NCBI GenBank assembly: GCA_965649825.1
Contig: OZ287716.1
Coordinates: forward strand, 175,797-239,796
Length of the DNA: 64,000 nt
Direction: 5' to 3'
Source: Penicillus capitatus
Taxonomy: Eukaryota; Plantae; Chlorophyta
The position numbers and the translations under genes were made by a program. This document shows positions 47,351 to 60,900 of this stretch, piece after piece. Under the pieces are notes generated by a model. It saw only the letters and a program-made list of their open reading frames with translations. It ran no database searches and was not told the DNA's origin. How positions within the stretch are numbered: the stretch's first letter is position 1; every line of letters begins with the position of its first letter.

Positions 47351-50300
47351 ATGTTTCGGCGCACCTTCCTCTACTGGCTGTTCTGGTTCGCATGGTTATG
47401 GACAGGAGTCGTCACGACGCGTGTAGAGGTCACACTCAATGCCGGATGGGCGCCCACTTCGCTCGTTGCTGAGGCAGCCGAATTTCTCTGGAGGGAAGAT
47501 CCCTCTGCCTTTTGGAAATTCGTCGAGAGATGGCATGTCAAAGACCAACCTCGGCAAAACTGCAGCACTGTACTGCATCGCGCTACAGAAGACCTCATAT
47601 CTGTAGAGCTTCAGAAATTTTTGTCTATTGCGTTGTCCCTGCGTCTCATGTCGCCCAAAGTCGATTTAAAGAGGCAGTTATTCAAGACGCATCCTCAAAC
47701 CTGCTGTTGGATCGAACACCATCCCGGTCTGAAAGCCCAGGATCTCAAAGATGATCCAGAGGATGTCTCCTTACTAATCAAGTTCCCCTCCGGTGAAGTG
47801 GAGGATGTTGTTTTTGATTTTGATTTTGATTTTGAGTATGGTGGGTTACCGAGCAACCTGTCACATCACGGCAAGGACAAACCACCTGCGGTGTTTCTCT
47901 ACGGTCCCATAGGATCCTCCTGTTTCGCGGAGATCCATAGCGTCTTGAAGGGAGCAGCAGAGAAGGGCAGAATTCGTTATATCTTTCGTCCAGCATTGGA
48001 CAGCGATCATTGCCGTGGAGCTGAAATGCACGACTGTGCAGATTATGGACAGCAAGAGAGGCTAAAGCTGGGAGGATTCGGGGTCGAATTGGCACTGAAA
48101 AGCACTGAGTACAGCGCCATCAACGAAGCATCGAATGCCACATCCAATGCACACGCCTCCACTCCCGAGGCCGAAGCTGTTCCTTTCGAAGATCTGGGCC
48201 TTCAAGCCACACAGTCCATTCTGAAATCCGCAGATCCCCTAGCGACATTTACAGAAATGGTTCAGGACTTTCCGTCGCACACAGCAACGCTGTCGAAGAT
48301 CGATGTCGATGAGGATATCGCCGTCGCTGTCGCCGAGGTGGCACGGATTGTATCACCGGAACAGGATTTCGCTCTGCTGAATGGGATTCCGATCGATCTG
48401 GAAGATCTAGATCTCATCGATCTCCTCGACATCCTGCACAGGGATCTCGTCACCCGAGAAAAACTCAAGAAAGTGTCGTTCTCTGATCGAGAGGTTCTTC
48501 AGCTTCTGAAGCTCAGAGCCCAAGACGCCACGAGAAATCTGGAGGACGTGCGTTTCGATATCCTGCCCAAAGAACAAGTGATCTATTTAAACGATATCGA
48601 AAAAGATGCAGACTATCGAAGATACCCTTCGACGTTGGAAATCCTGTTCAGTCCATTCATCAGAAACAGTCTCGTGCCCGTCCGGCGAAACCTCTTCAAC
48701 GCCGTTTTCTTTGTTGATATGACGTCGAAGGCTGGACGCAATCTGGCAGAATTCTTGTCGTCGCTGTACCAACAGAAGGCATCTATCCGCTTGGGTATTG
48801 TGCCCATGGTACCCGATCTCTGTCAAGCACAATTGGGAGACATCCCATCGGACACACTTGTCCACTACTTCCTCAGCCTGTATTTCACATTGGGTCCAAC
48901 GGCGGCGCTTCATCTGTGGTCTGTTGCGAAGCCGTCTGCTTCGGCGTGGAAGCAGGCCTACGTTAATGTGTTTGAGAGCTTTGCCAAGAAAGAGAGCGTA
49001 CATGACAAGGACCCGTTGGAATCCCTTAACGGCGTTTCTTCTAAGATTCAGGAGTACATGGAGAATCTGCGTATTGCGTTCAGGAAGCTGGGAGTGTGTG
49101 ATCTTGATGGCCAGGCATGGATGTGGCTCAATGGACGGATGATTGAACTGGACGCAGAAGTGCTGGATCGCACGATTCTTTATCACATCCAGCGCGAAAC
49201 GCGGTTTCTCCAACAGCTTGTCTACATAGGCGAGATTTCGGACTCTGACAAAGATCTGGCATCTGCCATTCTGGACAGCCAGTTTACGGCTGCCAAGTAC
49301 AGCGCATTTGTTCTGGCCACGGCGCCCAGAATTGCAGAACTGGCTCTGGATGATCGGCATTTTGCACCGAGCATCTCCTTTGTGGCCGATCCAGATGAAA
49401 ACCGTCCGACCAAAACCGTGACGCATTGGATCGTCGGCCAATTCGCTTCGAGAATCGGATTGAGTGTGGTTCGTTCCGCCCTGGAGTTTATTCTGTCTCC
49501 AGAAGGCGAAAGGGCACAAATCGCATTTCTGCCCACCTTCGAATCCTGTTCCCTCTTTCAGCTCCTCTGGAACCAATTATCCCCAAAGAGCTCGAACCGC
49601 CAGGCAGAGAACTTTCACTTTTGGATCCACCTGTTATCAAATGACGATGCTGTGAACGCCTTACTGAAGCTGGACACATCACACACCTCCTTGATCAAAT
49701 CTCAGATCGTCCATCTCTGTCAGACAATCCAGTGTCCATTTGATCGTGTGGATGATCTCTTGGACTCCGCCAAGTGCCGTTTGGATCCATCTGCTGCCAC
49801 GAGCTTTCCCGGTTTGCACCTGGAGACCGATCGTGCACTGGCTGTGGTGTCCAATGGGCGTGTTGTCTTTCCTGGTGCGCACTGTGAGGTCACACATGGA
49901 GAAGAAAGGAAGGAAAGAGTGACGAAGTCTCTTTGTGGGCTCTTTACGACAGAAGACTTTGCGATTCTGCAAACCATCTCGGAAGACTATCAGTTGGCAG
50001 AGACATTGAATTCCGTCCTGTCTGGCTTCTCACGCAATGTCTCGTCACAGGATCGTTCTCGGCAAACTGCCATTGTTGCATCGATCCTGAGAAAACACAG
50101 TGTGCCTTCCACATCAGGTACGATCTCTTTACCCAACTCGCTCCATAGGAACATTCATATGTAGATACGTTGACATTGCAGAAGGTTTTTGGAAGGCTCA
50201 GCAAAAGAACCATGTTTACAAATGAGGGCGATTCTGACACAGCTGCTTTTGAGATAGAGATGTTATTGAATCCCGTTTCTGTGAGAGCTCAACGATTCGT

Positions 50301-52078
50301 GCCCGTTCTGCATTTTCTCAGAACGGTGTTTCAGATCAAAATGTCAGTCTTCCTGCACACCCGTCTCCAGTTACTGGAAATGCCATTGCAGCAGTACTAC
50401 CGAATGGCCTTTTCTAACATCCACAGCAGTGATGTGACATCCACACCAGTTGCTCTGTTTGAAAACCTTCCAGGCAACAAAATTCTGACACTCAATCCCG
50501 AGACACCATCCGCTTGGCTCGTCGAGCCAACGAAAGCAGATATGGACTTGGACAATCTGCGATTGATGGATGTCAAAGGAGATGGACTGTTTGTGGAGTA
50601 TGGACTGGAGAGTATCCTTTTGACAGGATCATGTGTGGATACCACAGCCAGATCGCGTAGAGATGTCTATCCACGAGGCCTGCAACTCAAACTCGGTACG
50701 AGACATGCTCCTAAGAACACTCTTTGCAGCCAGGTGCCTCACAGGGAGAGAGAGAAGCACAGATTTTGTGGATACCCTCGTGATGTCCAATCTCGGCTAC
50801 TTTCAGCTGAAGGCCAATCCTGGAATGTGGCATCTGAGTTTGGCAGAAGGTCGGTCTCAGGAACTCTACTTTATGGATCCACAGATGAAGGACGATGTGA
50901 CATTGCACCTCGAATCTAATGATTCCAGCCCCACTTCTCTTATGTTTGTTCTGGACAGCCTCTCTGGGAGAGACCTACGACTGAACGTGATGAAGAGACC
51001 TGGGCACGAAGCGGATGACGTCCTCGATATGCCGTCTGAAGACATCTCAGCCCCCGGCGCGTCTCCTTTTCTGGACAAAGTTCTCCAATGGGCAGGCATC
51101 GAAAAGGCACAGCAGGTGCACAACAGAGAGGGGCACGTGGCCAAGGCAGCCTCCAATTGGCAGGGGTGCGAATTCCCTGACGATCCAGTGAATGTCTTTA
51201 CGATTGCATCTGGCCACATGTACGAGCGTTTGCAGAAGATCATGATCCTAAGCGTGCTGCGCCACACAAGATCCTGTATCAAGTTCTGGTTCATTAAGAA
51301 CTACATGTCTCCCCAAATCAAAGAGTTTCTGCCGCACTTTGCCAAGAAGTACCAGTTTGAGTACGGTCTGATTACATACAAGTGGCCACTATGGTTGCAG
51401 CACCAAACGGAGAAGCAGAGAAAAATCTGGGCCTACAAGATCCTCTTTCTGGACGTGCTCTTTCCGTCGAACGTACGCAAAGTGCTCTTTCTGGACTCCG
51501 ATCAGATTATTCGAACAAATATCCGACTTCTTTACGATATGGACATCCAAGGGGCTCCCCTGGCATACACGCCTTTCTGTGACAACAACAAAGAGATGGA
51601 CGGCTTTCGTTTTTGGAAACAAGGATTCTGGGAAACGCATTTGCAAGGGAAGCCGTATCACATTAGCGCCCTCTATGTCGTGGATCTCGTGAAGTTTCGA
51701 CAGATGGCGGCGGGAGATCATCTGCGTATTGTGTACGAGCAGCTCTCGAAGGATCCAAACAGTCTTGCGAATCTGGACCAAGATCTGCCGAACTACACGC
51801 AGCATCAGGTTCCGATCTTCTCGTTGCCTCAGGAATGGCTCTGGTGTGAGTCCTGGTGCGGCAATGAAACGAAACACGCTGCCAAGACGATCGATCTCTG
51901 CAACAATCCGTTAACAAAGGAACCAAAACTGCAAGCTGCTCGGAGAATCGTATCGGAATGGACAGAGCTCGATGACGAAGCGCATCAGCTAACGCTAAAA
52001 GTCGAGAAACAGGATTTAGCAACGCCTAAGGAGGCAGGGCAGACATTGACCCTAGGACATGATCGAACAGAACTGTAG
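47351..52078 (+). CDS. UGGT: UDP-glucose:glycoprotein glucosyltransferase, 3 exons
   Basis: Signal peptide; [13 protein letters not shown]; [24 protein letters not shown]; GT24 domain [13 protein letters not shown]...[10 protein letters not shown]...DSDQI...NLDQDLPN...WLWCESWC...IDLCNNP; C-terminal RTEL ER-retention signal. Confidence 0.96.
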
Positions 52079-52179
52079 TTGCAGCAGTGGTCGTCGGACG
52101 GCGTGGATGTTATTCGATGCGTCCTTTCGCAGACGTCACATCATCCTTCTGATTATTCAAGTGCGCGATCCCGCGAAAC

Positions 52180-54711
52180 ATGTCGAAGCGTGGAATCTAT
52201 TGGTTGATGCATAGGAATCTGTCTATTTTCTTTTTGAAACGATCCGCATCGTTGGGCAACGCTTCCTGGACGCTACTGAAGGAAAAGGAACCATGGTTCT
52301 CGTTTGGCTGTCGGAGATTTTCACATCTTTCTCACTCTCCTGTGAAAACGATCCCTGCGACACGGACAGCGCCAGCAGCCGTGAACAGAAGATCCTGGCT
52401 GCAGAAGGGTGACCGAAGCTTTGCAAAATTTGCAGCTGGTGGCTGGTATGGTGGCCTCAAGTCGACCGCACGTCGATTTCGTTCTCAGGCTCTTGAGAGT
52501 TACTGTCTTTGGCATGGTCCTCTGCTCAAAGTGTGTCATCCGCTGTTCATTTCTGAGATCGTGATGGTGGCCATGGACAGAGTCTTCGTGGGGCATTTTG
52601 GCCAGCAGAGCGGTGGCTACTGGTCACAGGTGTCCTCAGGAATTCACGCAGTTGGGTGCCGAGCTTTGCGATGGGTAACATGCGTCCCGAGAAATGGCTC
52701 TGCGTCGCCATGGTCACATCGCTGAACACGGTCGGGGCACAGATTCCCAGAATGTCTTTTCTCCTGCTAGCACAAGTGCTGACGCGAGCCGGGTAGTCAT
52801 CTGCCTGTTTAGAGACTTGATGTGACGTCTGTTGATGATGCAGGAGTGCAGACCTGCTTAGCAGAGATGCCTGTTTACCATATGGATCTCGTCTGCGTCC
52901 TTTATCTGCTTTGCGTGTGCCAGCATCTCCTGTCGCTGCGGCGGCTCAATGGGTTTGGAATGAAATCTGTATGTATGTGCGTTTGTGCAGCTTGATTTTT
53001 TACTTGCTTCCATTGTTTTTGACCTATCCGCTCACTTCCTTAAGTACAGTCGTCTGGAAGAGCTGGCTGATAAGATTGCGACACACATTGGAGAACTGTG
53101 GTCCAGCTTTTATCAAATGGGGTCAATGGGCCTCAACAAGACGCGATCTTTTTCCTCCAGACGTCTCTCTTGAGCTCAGAAAACTGCAAACGGAATCCCC
53201 GGCACATCCGTAACACATGTTTCTCTATTTTCCTGATCTCGAGATTCCAATGTCTTCAGGGGGAGCATCAGCAAGGACGTCATCGAATCGGCATTTGGAT
53301 TTCCTGTGGACGTGATGTTCGACGACTTTGAAGATGAGCCATTGGCAAGCGGCAGCATTGGACAGATCCACAGAGCCAAGTTGAGTCCTGTCGGTGCCAC
53401 CGTCACTGGCGTCGAGGAACACACTCAAGTGGCCATCAAGGCATGACCCAGGACGCTTCAATCCGCAACGGACTCTTGAGTGCTGTTTCTGTTGACAGGT
53501 GCGGCATCCAAACGTCGACATGGCCTTTCAGAGAGATATGAACCTCATGTTATGGATCGCCCAATGCATTGACCGTTGCTCGATTTTGAAAGGATTCAAT
53601 CTTCACGAAATGATATGCCAGTTTGCGGCTCCCATGACGGAACAGGTCTTTCCTGATAGCAGACACTGCAGACCATGACACGCATTGTCCCGTCTTAGGT
53701 GGACCTCTGTGTTGAAGCGGCGAATCTTCAGTGCTTCCGTCATAACTTTCGCAAAAATGCGCATGTTATCTTTCCTGAACCGCTCTTCCCTCTTGTCACC
53801 CCGGACATCTTGGTCGAGACTTTTCACACAGGTCTCGATCTCTGTGCGCCTTGTGTGGTCGTCGTTATTTGTATGGTCTAGGCGAAAGTGTGCAGGACAT
53901 TACCGATCAGCGAACGGCGCAGGAGTCATTGCTCGCGCAACTGGGATCGGCCACGTTCTTCGACATGGTCGTCCGGCACAATCTCCTGCATGCCGATCTG
54001 CATCCCGGCAACATCTTGGTGGAATATGCTCCGCCGAAAACGAAACTGCATTATCTACTGGAACGCATCTCGAGAAGCATAGATACCGTCTTCCCTTCGA
54101 AAACATGGAATCCCATTCCGCGTTTCATCGGCAAACTCAATGACGGGAAGGAACTGCATCCGAATATCATTCTCCTCGATGCAGGTGTGACAGAGTGAGA
54201 GACATTTTCGCTTTTGTGATCGTCTTTTGAAGGAATGGCGACTCAGCTGACAGACAAAGAACGACATCATATGCTGGGTCTCTTTCGTTCCGTCGCTGAA
54301 ATGGATGGAAAAGCCGCAGCGGAGCATACCTTGAGCTTTGCGGGTGCCAAGCAGACATGTCCGCATCCAGATGACTTCCGACGGGCTATGCTAAATCACT
54401 TTGATACTGTCCGACAGCCGGATTGGTCTGAGAGCGAATTCGAATCAAACGTGGATGCCTTTGGTCATGTGATCGATATCATCCGGGAGCATAAAGTGGT
54501 TCTCCCCGGTCAAATCGTCTCGTGCCTCTTTACCGTATTCCTTCTCGAGGGCTGGGCGACGAAACTGGACCCCGAGCACAGTTTGATGTTACAGATTCGA
54601 TCGCTCCTGAAGAAATTGGACTGGAGTCTGGAGGAGCAGATTAAAGAAGGAGCCAATAAAGTATTGATTAGCGGATTGTCCAATCTCAGTTTGCAAGTTG
54701 CTGCAGACTGA
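52180..54711 (+). CDS. ABC1/UbiB atypical kinase (ADCK2-like), multi-exon
   Basis: [19 protein letters not shown]; [13 protein letters not shown]; VAIK|VRHP (GC-AG intron 53441-53498); DLCVEAANL; [11 protein letters not shown]; ILLDAG. Confidence 0.9.
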
Positions 54712-54928
54712 ACCTCTTTTAAAAGAACTGCCGCCACAGACCAAGACAGTCATCGACAGATCGATTCCCGTTTCCTCTGCAAATTCGATCGACGATTTTA
54801 ACGCACCCCCACGGTCGAACGTCTTTTCAGTCATAGAGACAGGTATTCTAAGAAGGATCGAGGCATATAACAAAGGTCCGGAAACAAAAAGTATTCATGG
54901 AATGAAGCATCTTCATAAGGCCAATGTG

Positions 54929-55234
54929 TTAATCTTCGATTTCCGGTTGGACAAGAGGGTGCAGTTGAGCCAGGTAAAAGATCGACCACCTAAGCATTGC
55001 CAATAGATACGGAGGGCGACAACGAATGAACGGTCTTACAGGCTCCAGCAGCAGATCACCGACGTCGAGAGCATAACATGACCCAACCTACAACCGCAGA
55101 ACGCTACGAACGACACAAGGCAACGCGCCGAGGCCTTACGCCGTTTCTCCCTTCGGCGCGGCGAATGTGACAACCGCGATGCCCACGACTTGAATGAGGA
55201 TAAAGATAACGCAGCCGAGGAGGTAGGGGTCCAT
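54929..55234 (-). CDS. VMA9: V-type H+-ATPase subunit e, 3 exons (not visible as a single ORF)
   Basis: Hand-spliced product MDPYLLGCVIFILIQVVGIAVVTFAAPKGETA|LGHVMLSTSVICCWSL|WSIFYLAQLHPLVQPEIED* matches the subunit e CCW..W...YLAQ..PL motif. Confidence 0.85.
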
Positions 55235-55323
55235 CTTCTTCGGTGAGAAAACAATCCAAGGCACAGCACTTAAATGATATCATTAAACACTGAGGCGCGT
55301 CCGAGGTCATGCCCCGAGTCACA

Positions 55324-55959
55324 TCACTCTTTTGAAATCTTGGTCACTCTAAATCGCGTCATCTCTTGACGGTGGCCCCGAATTTTGCGATAGTGTTTCT
55401 TGGGACGGTATTTGAAAACGATGATCTTTGGCGCACGGTATTCTTCGAGGATTTCGGCCTCGATATTGACATCATGGAGATAGGGTTCGCCCAGAGAGAA
55501 GTCCCCGTCGGCCTTTAGAGCCACGACGCGTGGGAATTTGACCACAGAACCGGCAGGAATGTTCAAACGGTGACAGCTGTAGCTTTTTCCTTCCTCCACG
55601 ATCTGCTGTGCCCCACCCACTTCGACAACCGCATACTTGTCTCCCAATTTTCCTTCGAGCGAGGGAGGATTCGGAAACAGCACGGCGCCCTTGTTTTTGA
55701 ACTGCCCGTCAACAAAGGGAGGATTTGGAAACAGCGAGGCGGACTGGACTAAGAGAACAGGATCGCCTTTAGATCGAGTAGGGCATAGGCAAGGTAGGGA
55801 TGATGCACCTTCGTGGGAGAACCGCCGAGGAAGGACTGTGGATGATCGAGTGCTGCGATCGACGACGGCCGTTCCGCAGAAGGGACGGGCGATCGATGTC
55901 GTGACGCCGGCGCTGCGGAGCATCGTTGAGAGTTGAGGGGGCATTGACACAAACGTCAT
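55324..55959 (-). CDS. RPL21: Plastid 50S ribosomal protein L21 with transit peptide (start may be 55923)
   Basis: YAVVEVGGAQQIVEEG...KIIVFKYRPKKHYRKIRGHRQEMTRFRVTKI, preceded by a Ser/Thr/Arg-rich N-terminal extension. Confidence 0.92.
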   Translation of the reverse strand: MTFVSMPPQLSTMLRSAGVTTSIARPFCGTAVVDRSTRSSTVLPRRFSHEGASSLPCLCPTRSKGDPVLLVQSASLFPNPPFVDGQFKNKGAVLFPNPPSLEGKLGDKYAVVEVGGAQQIVEEGKSYSCHRLNIPAGSVVKFPRVVALKADGDFSLGEPYLHDVNIEAEILEEYRAPKIIVFKYRPKKHYRKIRGHRQEMTRFRVTKISKE

Positions 55960-55983
55960 GTCATTTTTGCCTTCGCGCGTGAG

Positions 55984-56916
55984 ATGAGTGCGTCGAATCG
56001 GCGGGGCCACTCACATTCGACTGAGAAGAACGAGCGACGGCAGAAATGTTGCATTGGTGCGCTCTACTACAGTCAATCGCTCATGGACCGACGCTCAGCA
56101 CCTGTCAGCCAAATTCTGTCCCCCATCAACCCTCACTGTTCGATGGAGTGCTCAGATTTGCGGAGGACTCCGAAAAACGCGAAAAAATCCGCAGGATCTT
56201 CAGGAACTCCAAACAGAGTCCGCCAACCTGATAGATTTCAAAGTGCGGTCTCTGTCGACTCTTGATGGCTTGACTGAAAACGTGATCCGTTGATGATGGG
56301 ACATCAGTACATGTGTGTTGGGTATTCTGTCTTCGATGAGGAGCGCATGCGACAGCAGCCCGATCGAATAAACATGGCAGAAGGAGAGGTCCATCTGCCT
56401 TACTGTGAAGGCATCGAAGTCTGCCGTCGCTCCCATACCACCGCCTGATGCTCGGAATGTGCTAACCGTAGATCATTTCTTCGAGGCAGCTGCAGCAAGG
56501 TCCAGTGCTGTTGAAAGAGGGAATGAATGGTAAAGGATGCAGTGATTGTCTGTCGTCTGTATTCTTGAATGGATGTTGTGGCCGTCAGGAGAATCGTCGA
56601 CGTCTCCGAACGAATCGTCTCCACAAGAGAAACGAAAACGTGGATTCTTTGGCAAACCAGACGATCTACCTGCTTTTGGTAATCCCATCGCTGATGGATC
56701 TCGCTCGATATGTGTGCTGGATGATCTCTAGTTTCGCAGCCTGGAAAGATTGACTGGGATCAGTTTCCAGACAAGTGCGTCTTCAGACATCTGCGACGCT
56801 TTCGTCATCGGTGTCCAATTTCTAGGTTCATAAAATCTTCAAGCATGATATTGTTGAAGATGCAGCACAATGCACGACACATGGTGGAGTCCCTTAAGCG
56901 TTTGTGGGACCGCTAG
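55984..56916 (+). CDS. Uncharacterised protein resembling a conserved green-lineage family, multi-exon
   Basis: Exons KCCIGALYYSQSL...; YMCVGYSVF...VHLPYCEGIE|; final ..FSRFIKSSSMILLKMQHNARHM..* resemble, from memory, a plant Cys-motif protein family (C.G.LYYS / C.GYSV / LP.C.G.E). Confidence 0.6.
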
Positions 56917-56976
56917 AATGTTGATATCGCTCATAGACTTGATTCATTCAATTGATTCGTCAGCATCTTGTGAGAA

Positions 56977-58871
56977 ATGCATGGATGCCGCTCCGTTGCC
57001 CTTTTAAGATACAGAGTCGCGGCCACGGTACGACGTCGGTCGACTCGAACGGTCGTCTCGCGATCGGCAGCTCTGATCGATACGATCCAAGTGGATCTTC
57101 TCGAAAGGAGACGACGTCCGAGCGAGATCTGCGAGGAATGGTTGAATCGACTTGGCGACGTCGAAGGCATTGTCGACAGCTTCCTCCATGTCAACAAGAG
57201 TGCCGCACTGGAACAGGTCACGTATCCGTTCCCACTTCACCACTGCTTAACATTTTGCTTCAGGCTGCTGAACAGGACGCAGAGGTGGAGCAGAGGACTG
57301 TAGGGGGTTCTGCTGTTGGTCCTCTGATGGCCACTCCAATTGCCATTAAAGTGTGGATACGTGTGATCGATGATGTGACAGCAGAGTAACATACAGGATA
57401 ATATCTGCACAAGAGATCTGCCAACGACAGCTGCATCCAAAGCCTTAGAAAATTACATTCCAACGTACGATGCAACCGTCATAGAAAAACTCAAGGCAGC
57501 AGGGGCTATCATTATTGGAAAGACAAACATGGACGAGTTCGGAATGGGCAATTCCACAGAGAACTCTGCATATAAGGTCAGCATCTATCCACCATCCATC
57601 CTTACCCTGATCTTCTTGAAGTCGATCGCGGGCAGGTAACAAAGAATCCATGGGACGTCGAACGCGTGCCAGGAGGGTCGTCTGGTGGATCTGCATCTGC
57701 CGTTGCCGCTCGGCAAGTTCCCGTTAGTCTCGGCAGCGATACAGGTCTTGGAGAGTTTTGCCTCCAACAGTGCGACTTCCAGAAGAGTGTGCGATGTAGG
57801 TGGCAGCATACGTCAACCAGCGCATTTCTGTGGATGTGTTGGCATGAAACCCACCTATGGCAGAGTTTCAAGATATGGACTGATTTCATACGGGTCATCT
57901 CTCGACACCATCGGTCCTCTGGCACCATCTGTTAAGGATGCCGCAGCCGTCCTCCAAGTCATTGCTGGTACGTCCAACCGATTCCTTTCCTTTGAGAATC
58001 AGAAAACCAGGATTCGATCAGCGAGATGCCACTTCGGCCAATCTCCCTGTCCCCGATTACATCTCAAATCTCAAAGAAGCGAAAGATCTATCTCAGAAGC
58101 CGCTTGAGGGGAAGAGAATTGGTCTCGTTACAGAGACAATGGGAGAAGGTGTCGATCCTCACATCCTCACGACACTGATCCGGACAGCCGATCACATGAG
58201 AGATCTCGGTGCCGAAGTGACAGAAGTGTGACCGAGCTTTCTTTCAAAAGCACGTCACTCATCAGTCCCTGTGGCTGCTTTAGGTATCGATCAAGGATTT
58301 TGAGATCGCGTTGCCGTCCTACTACATCATTGCCCTGTCAGAAGCATCATCGAATCTGTCTCGATACGACGGTGTCCGTTACGGTCTTCAACAATCTGCA
58401 GAGGACACCCGGCAGCTCTACATGGATTCACGTCTGCATGGACTGGGAGCAGAAGTCAAGAGACGCATCCTCATGGGTACCTATGCCCTTTCAGCTGGAT
58501 ACTATGATGCATACTACAAACGCGCTCAGCAAGTGCGGACGCTTCTGACGAGAGAACTGAATGGCACACTTAAGGATCTTGATGCCCTGATGACGCCTGT
58601 CTCTCCCTCTATGCCCTGGAAGATCGGCGAATTCATAGACGACCCGCTGACAACGTATAAGGCGGATCTGATGTCTGTGGGCTGCAATCTAGCAGGACTC
58701 CCTGGTATTGTCGTACCGGCAGGCATGGTCGATATCGATGGGACATCGTTCCCCGTTGGTCTGCAGCTGATGGGCAAATCCTTCCAAGAGCAATCCCTCA
58801 TCGAAATTGCCCACATTCTTGAACGCACGTTAGATTTGGCTGCACCCCTTCCTCCGATGCTACGCGCCTGA
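56977..58871 (+). CDS. gatA: Glu-tRNA(Gln) amidotransferase subunit A, organellar, multi-exon
   Basis: Transit peptide; PIAIK|DNICT; [18 protein letters not shown]; [17 protein letters not shown]; GSDT|GGSIRQPA; [10 protein letters not shown]; [15 protein letters not shown]; [22 protein letters not shown]. Confidence 0.96.
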
Positions 58872-59439
58872 ACGCCTTTTCGAAGCTTGCGCAACAAGCT
58901 GTGTTACATGTGCATCGAGATGGGACGCATTCGAAAGATGCCTTTCTGAGAATTAGCCCGCTCTTCTATACAGTCTTCGTTGTCAAAATGTTTTTTAGAC
59001 CAACATCACATTCGTGTGAAAAAGTGCATGAAACTGTTGATGACAATTCCATGAAGAGGCCGAGCAATATATCAAAGCAACCGAACTATCAGCATGTCGG
59101 GCTTTGCAGCGATCGCAGATTCCGCATTGCTCGTTCTCTTCAATGGCAGAAGAACTTGAATTCTTTGGGCAGTCTTTCCAAAATAATCGATCGATGTGCT
59201 CCATCCAAATCCACCGAGATGCACGCGCACACACATGCACGCAGACATAACTCGCTCGACGAATCACTGAAACGCACGAATGGAAAGGAAAACACCACCA
59301 CACCGTCAGAACGACCGTCAAGAAACCACTCTTTCAGCAGTATAATACATCCAAACCAAAAAATGTTCAATCAGATTCATTCCTTCTCGGTGATCGTTGC
59401 CGTGGGTTGACCCGCGACCGTTCCCTAACACCAAGACAT

Positions 59440-60710
59440 TTACTGCTCGTCTTGAAAGAGGGATCCCAGTTTCAGATACCACGCTTTCTCGGAAAGCCTT
59501 TTCGAGTTCTTGTCCTGTACACAACGCTCCAAAGCCATTCGGCATTCCAGTCCCTTTGTAAAGTACCCCACCAACATGCTCCATAGCAAAGCATCGGTAA
59601 GGTTATCTCGACTGAGGTTGAAAGTTGTGGACGTAAAGCTGTGTCCTGTCAACGGTCGTTGTTTTTCCGATTCGCCCAATGCCGAACGCAATCGGCCGAG
59701 GAGCTTTGCCGAAGAAGGATAGGCTTGTGTCAGATGTAAATTCTCAACGACTTTTTTGACGGTGAGGTTGAAAGCATGGACGACACCGCGTCCTGCAGAT
59801 TCCGATAACTTATTCACAGAATCGGGATGCATGCTGCGAACGTATTGCAGCAGACGATTAGTCGATGCTGCCCCGGTCTCTTCGGCAACCTCCTCCTTTT
59901 CCTGGCAACCATGGTGATGATCATCTCGGCGTGTGTGATGGCCATATTCATACCTGATAGGATTCCAGTTTGGTTTCGAGACTATGGATGTATTCGAGTA
60001 CAGATAAAGGCAGTTTTCGACGCGTTGCTTCGTCGAGAGGCTCCAGTCCGTCATCCTCTGCGTCAAAATCGTCGTCGAATGTGCCGAGATCGACGGAAAG
60101 ACTGCTCTGTAAGTGCAGACGGTACTCGGCGTTGCGCAGAGCGTATCCTGTACAGAGGGACGAGAAAACCAGATTAGCCAATGGATCTCTCAATGAACGA
60201 ATCTGCACCTAGAAGAAACAAGCACACCCCACATCGCGATGAATTGGGCAATGGTATGCAGGGAATGATGTCACGTACTTGGAATTGACTGGGTGGTAAC
60301 ATGCCCAGCATCCCCGATGCGGTTTTTTGAATGGCATCCATTGCCTCGACTGAGACGTGTGGTAGCATTGGACTTCGATCGTACGGTTCCAGTGATTCAA
60401 TGATTTCGGCCAGTTCCAGTTCCTCCTTGCTGAACGGTTCGTTGTCGCCCGCTCCGCCATCGGGTTTGTAGAAGAAATGGTCGGAACGACCGACTTGGCA
60501 GAGGACGGCAATACGGCGGGCAGTCGTACGCCGACCACGACTCCTCGAATGTCCCAACACGGGTGGCGAAGGGACGAAGCTGAGTTGGAAGTATGTAGAG
60601 AAGGAACGTCGAGTAGCAGGCATTCGACAATGGGATCGACGTTTTAAAGCCAAAGCGTATTTTCCTGTAATGCCTGCGGGCAAACGCGTTTGAGCGAGTA
60701 AGCTTTTCAT
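59440..60710 (-). CDS. DUF760-family plastid protein with two DUF760-like units
   Basis: EAMDAIQKTASGMLGMLPPSQFQ|VQIRSLRDPLANLVFSSLCTGYALRNAEYRLHLQ, and a second unit LSRDNLTDALLWSMLVGYFTKGLECRMALE. N-terminal transit peptide. Confidence 0.8.
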
Positions 60711-60900
60711 TGTTTCAACAGAATAAAACGGCGCAGCGCGAAATGGACAGAACGAAAATCCTACACAGCAGGTAGAGGTCAAGAATGGTGTTTGAGTCTC
60801 AAGAGCGCGCGCATAAATGCCGAATTCGGAAATTGCGTCGGGAGCAATGTACAAACCGACACGTCTCTTCGCAGATGGAGTGGAGCCATGTGAAATCACA

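Noticed and set aside
55660-55740. Short duplication CTGTTTCC(A/G)AATCCTCCC (LFPNPP x2) in RPL21
   Set aside because: An 18-nt in-frame duplication in the poorly conserved N-terminal extension, with no evidence of function.
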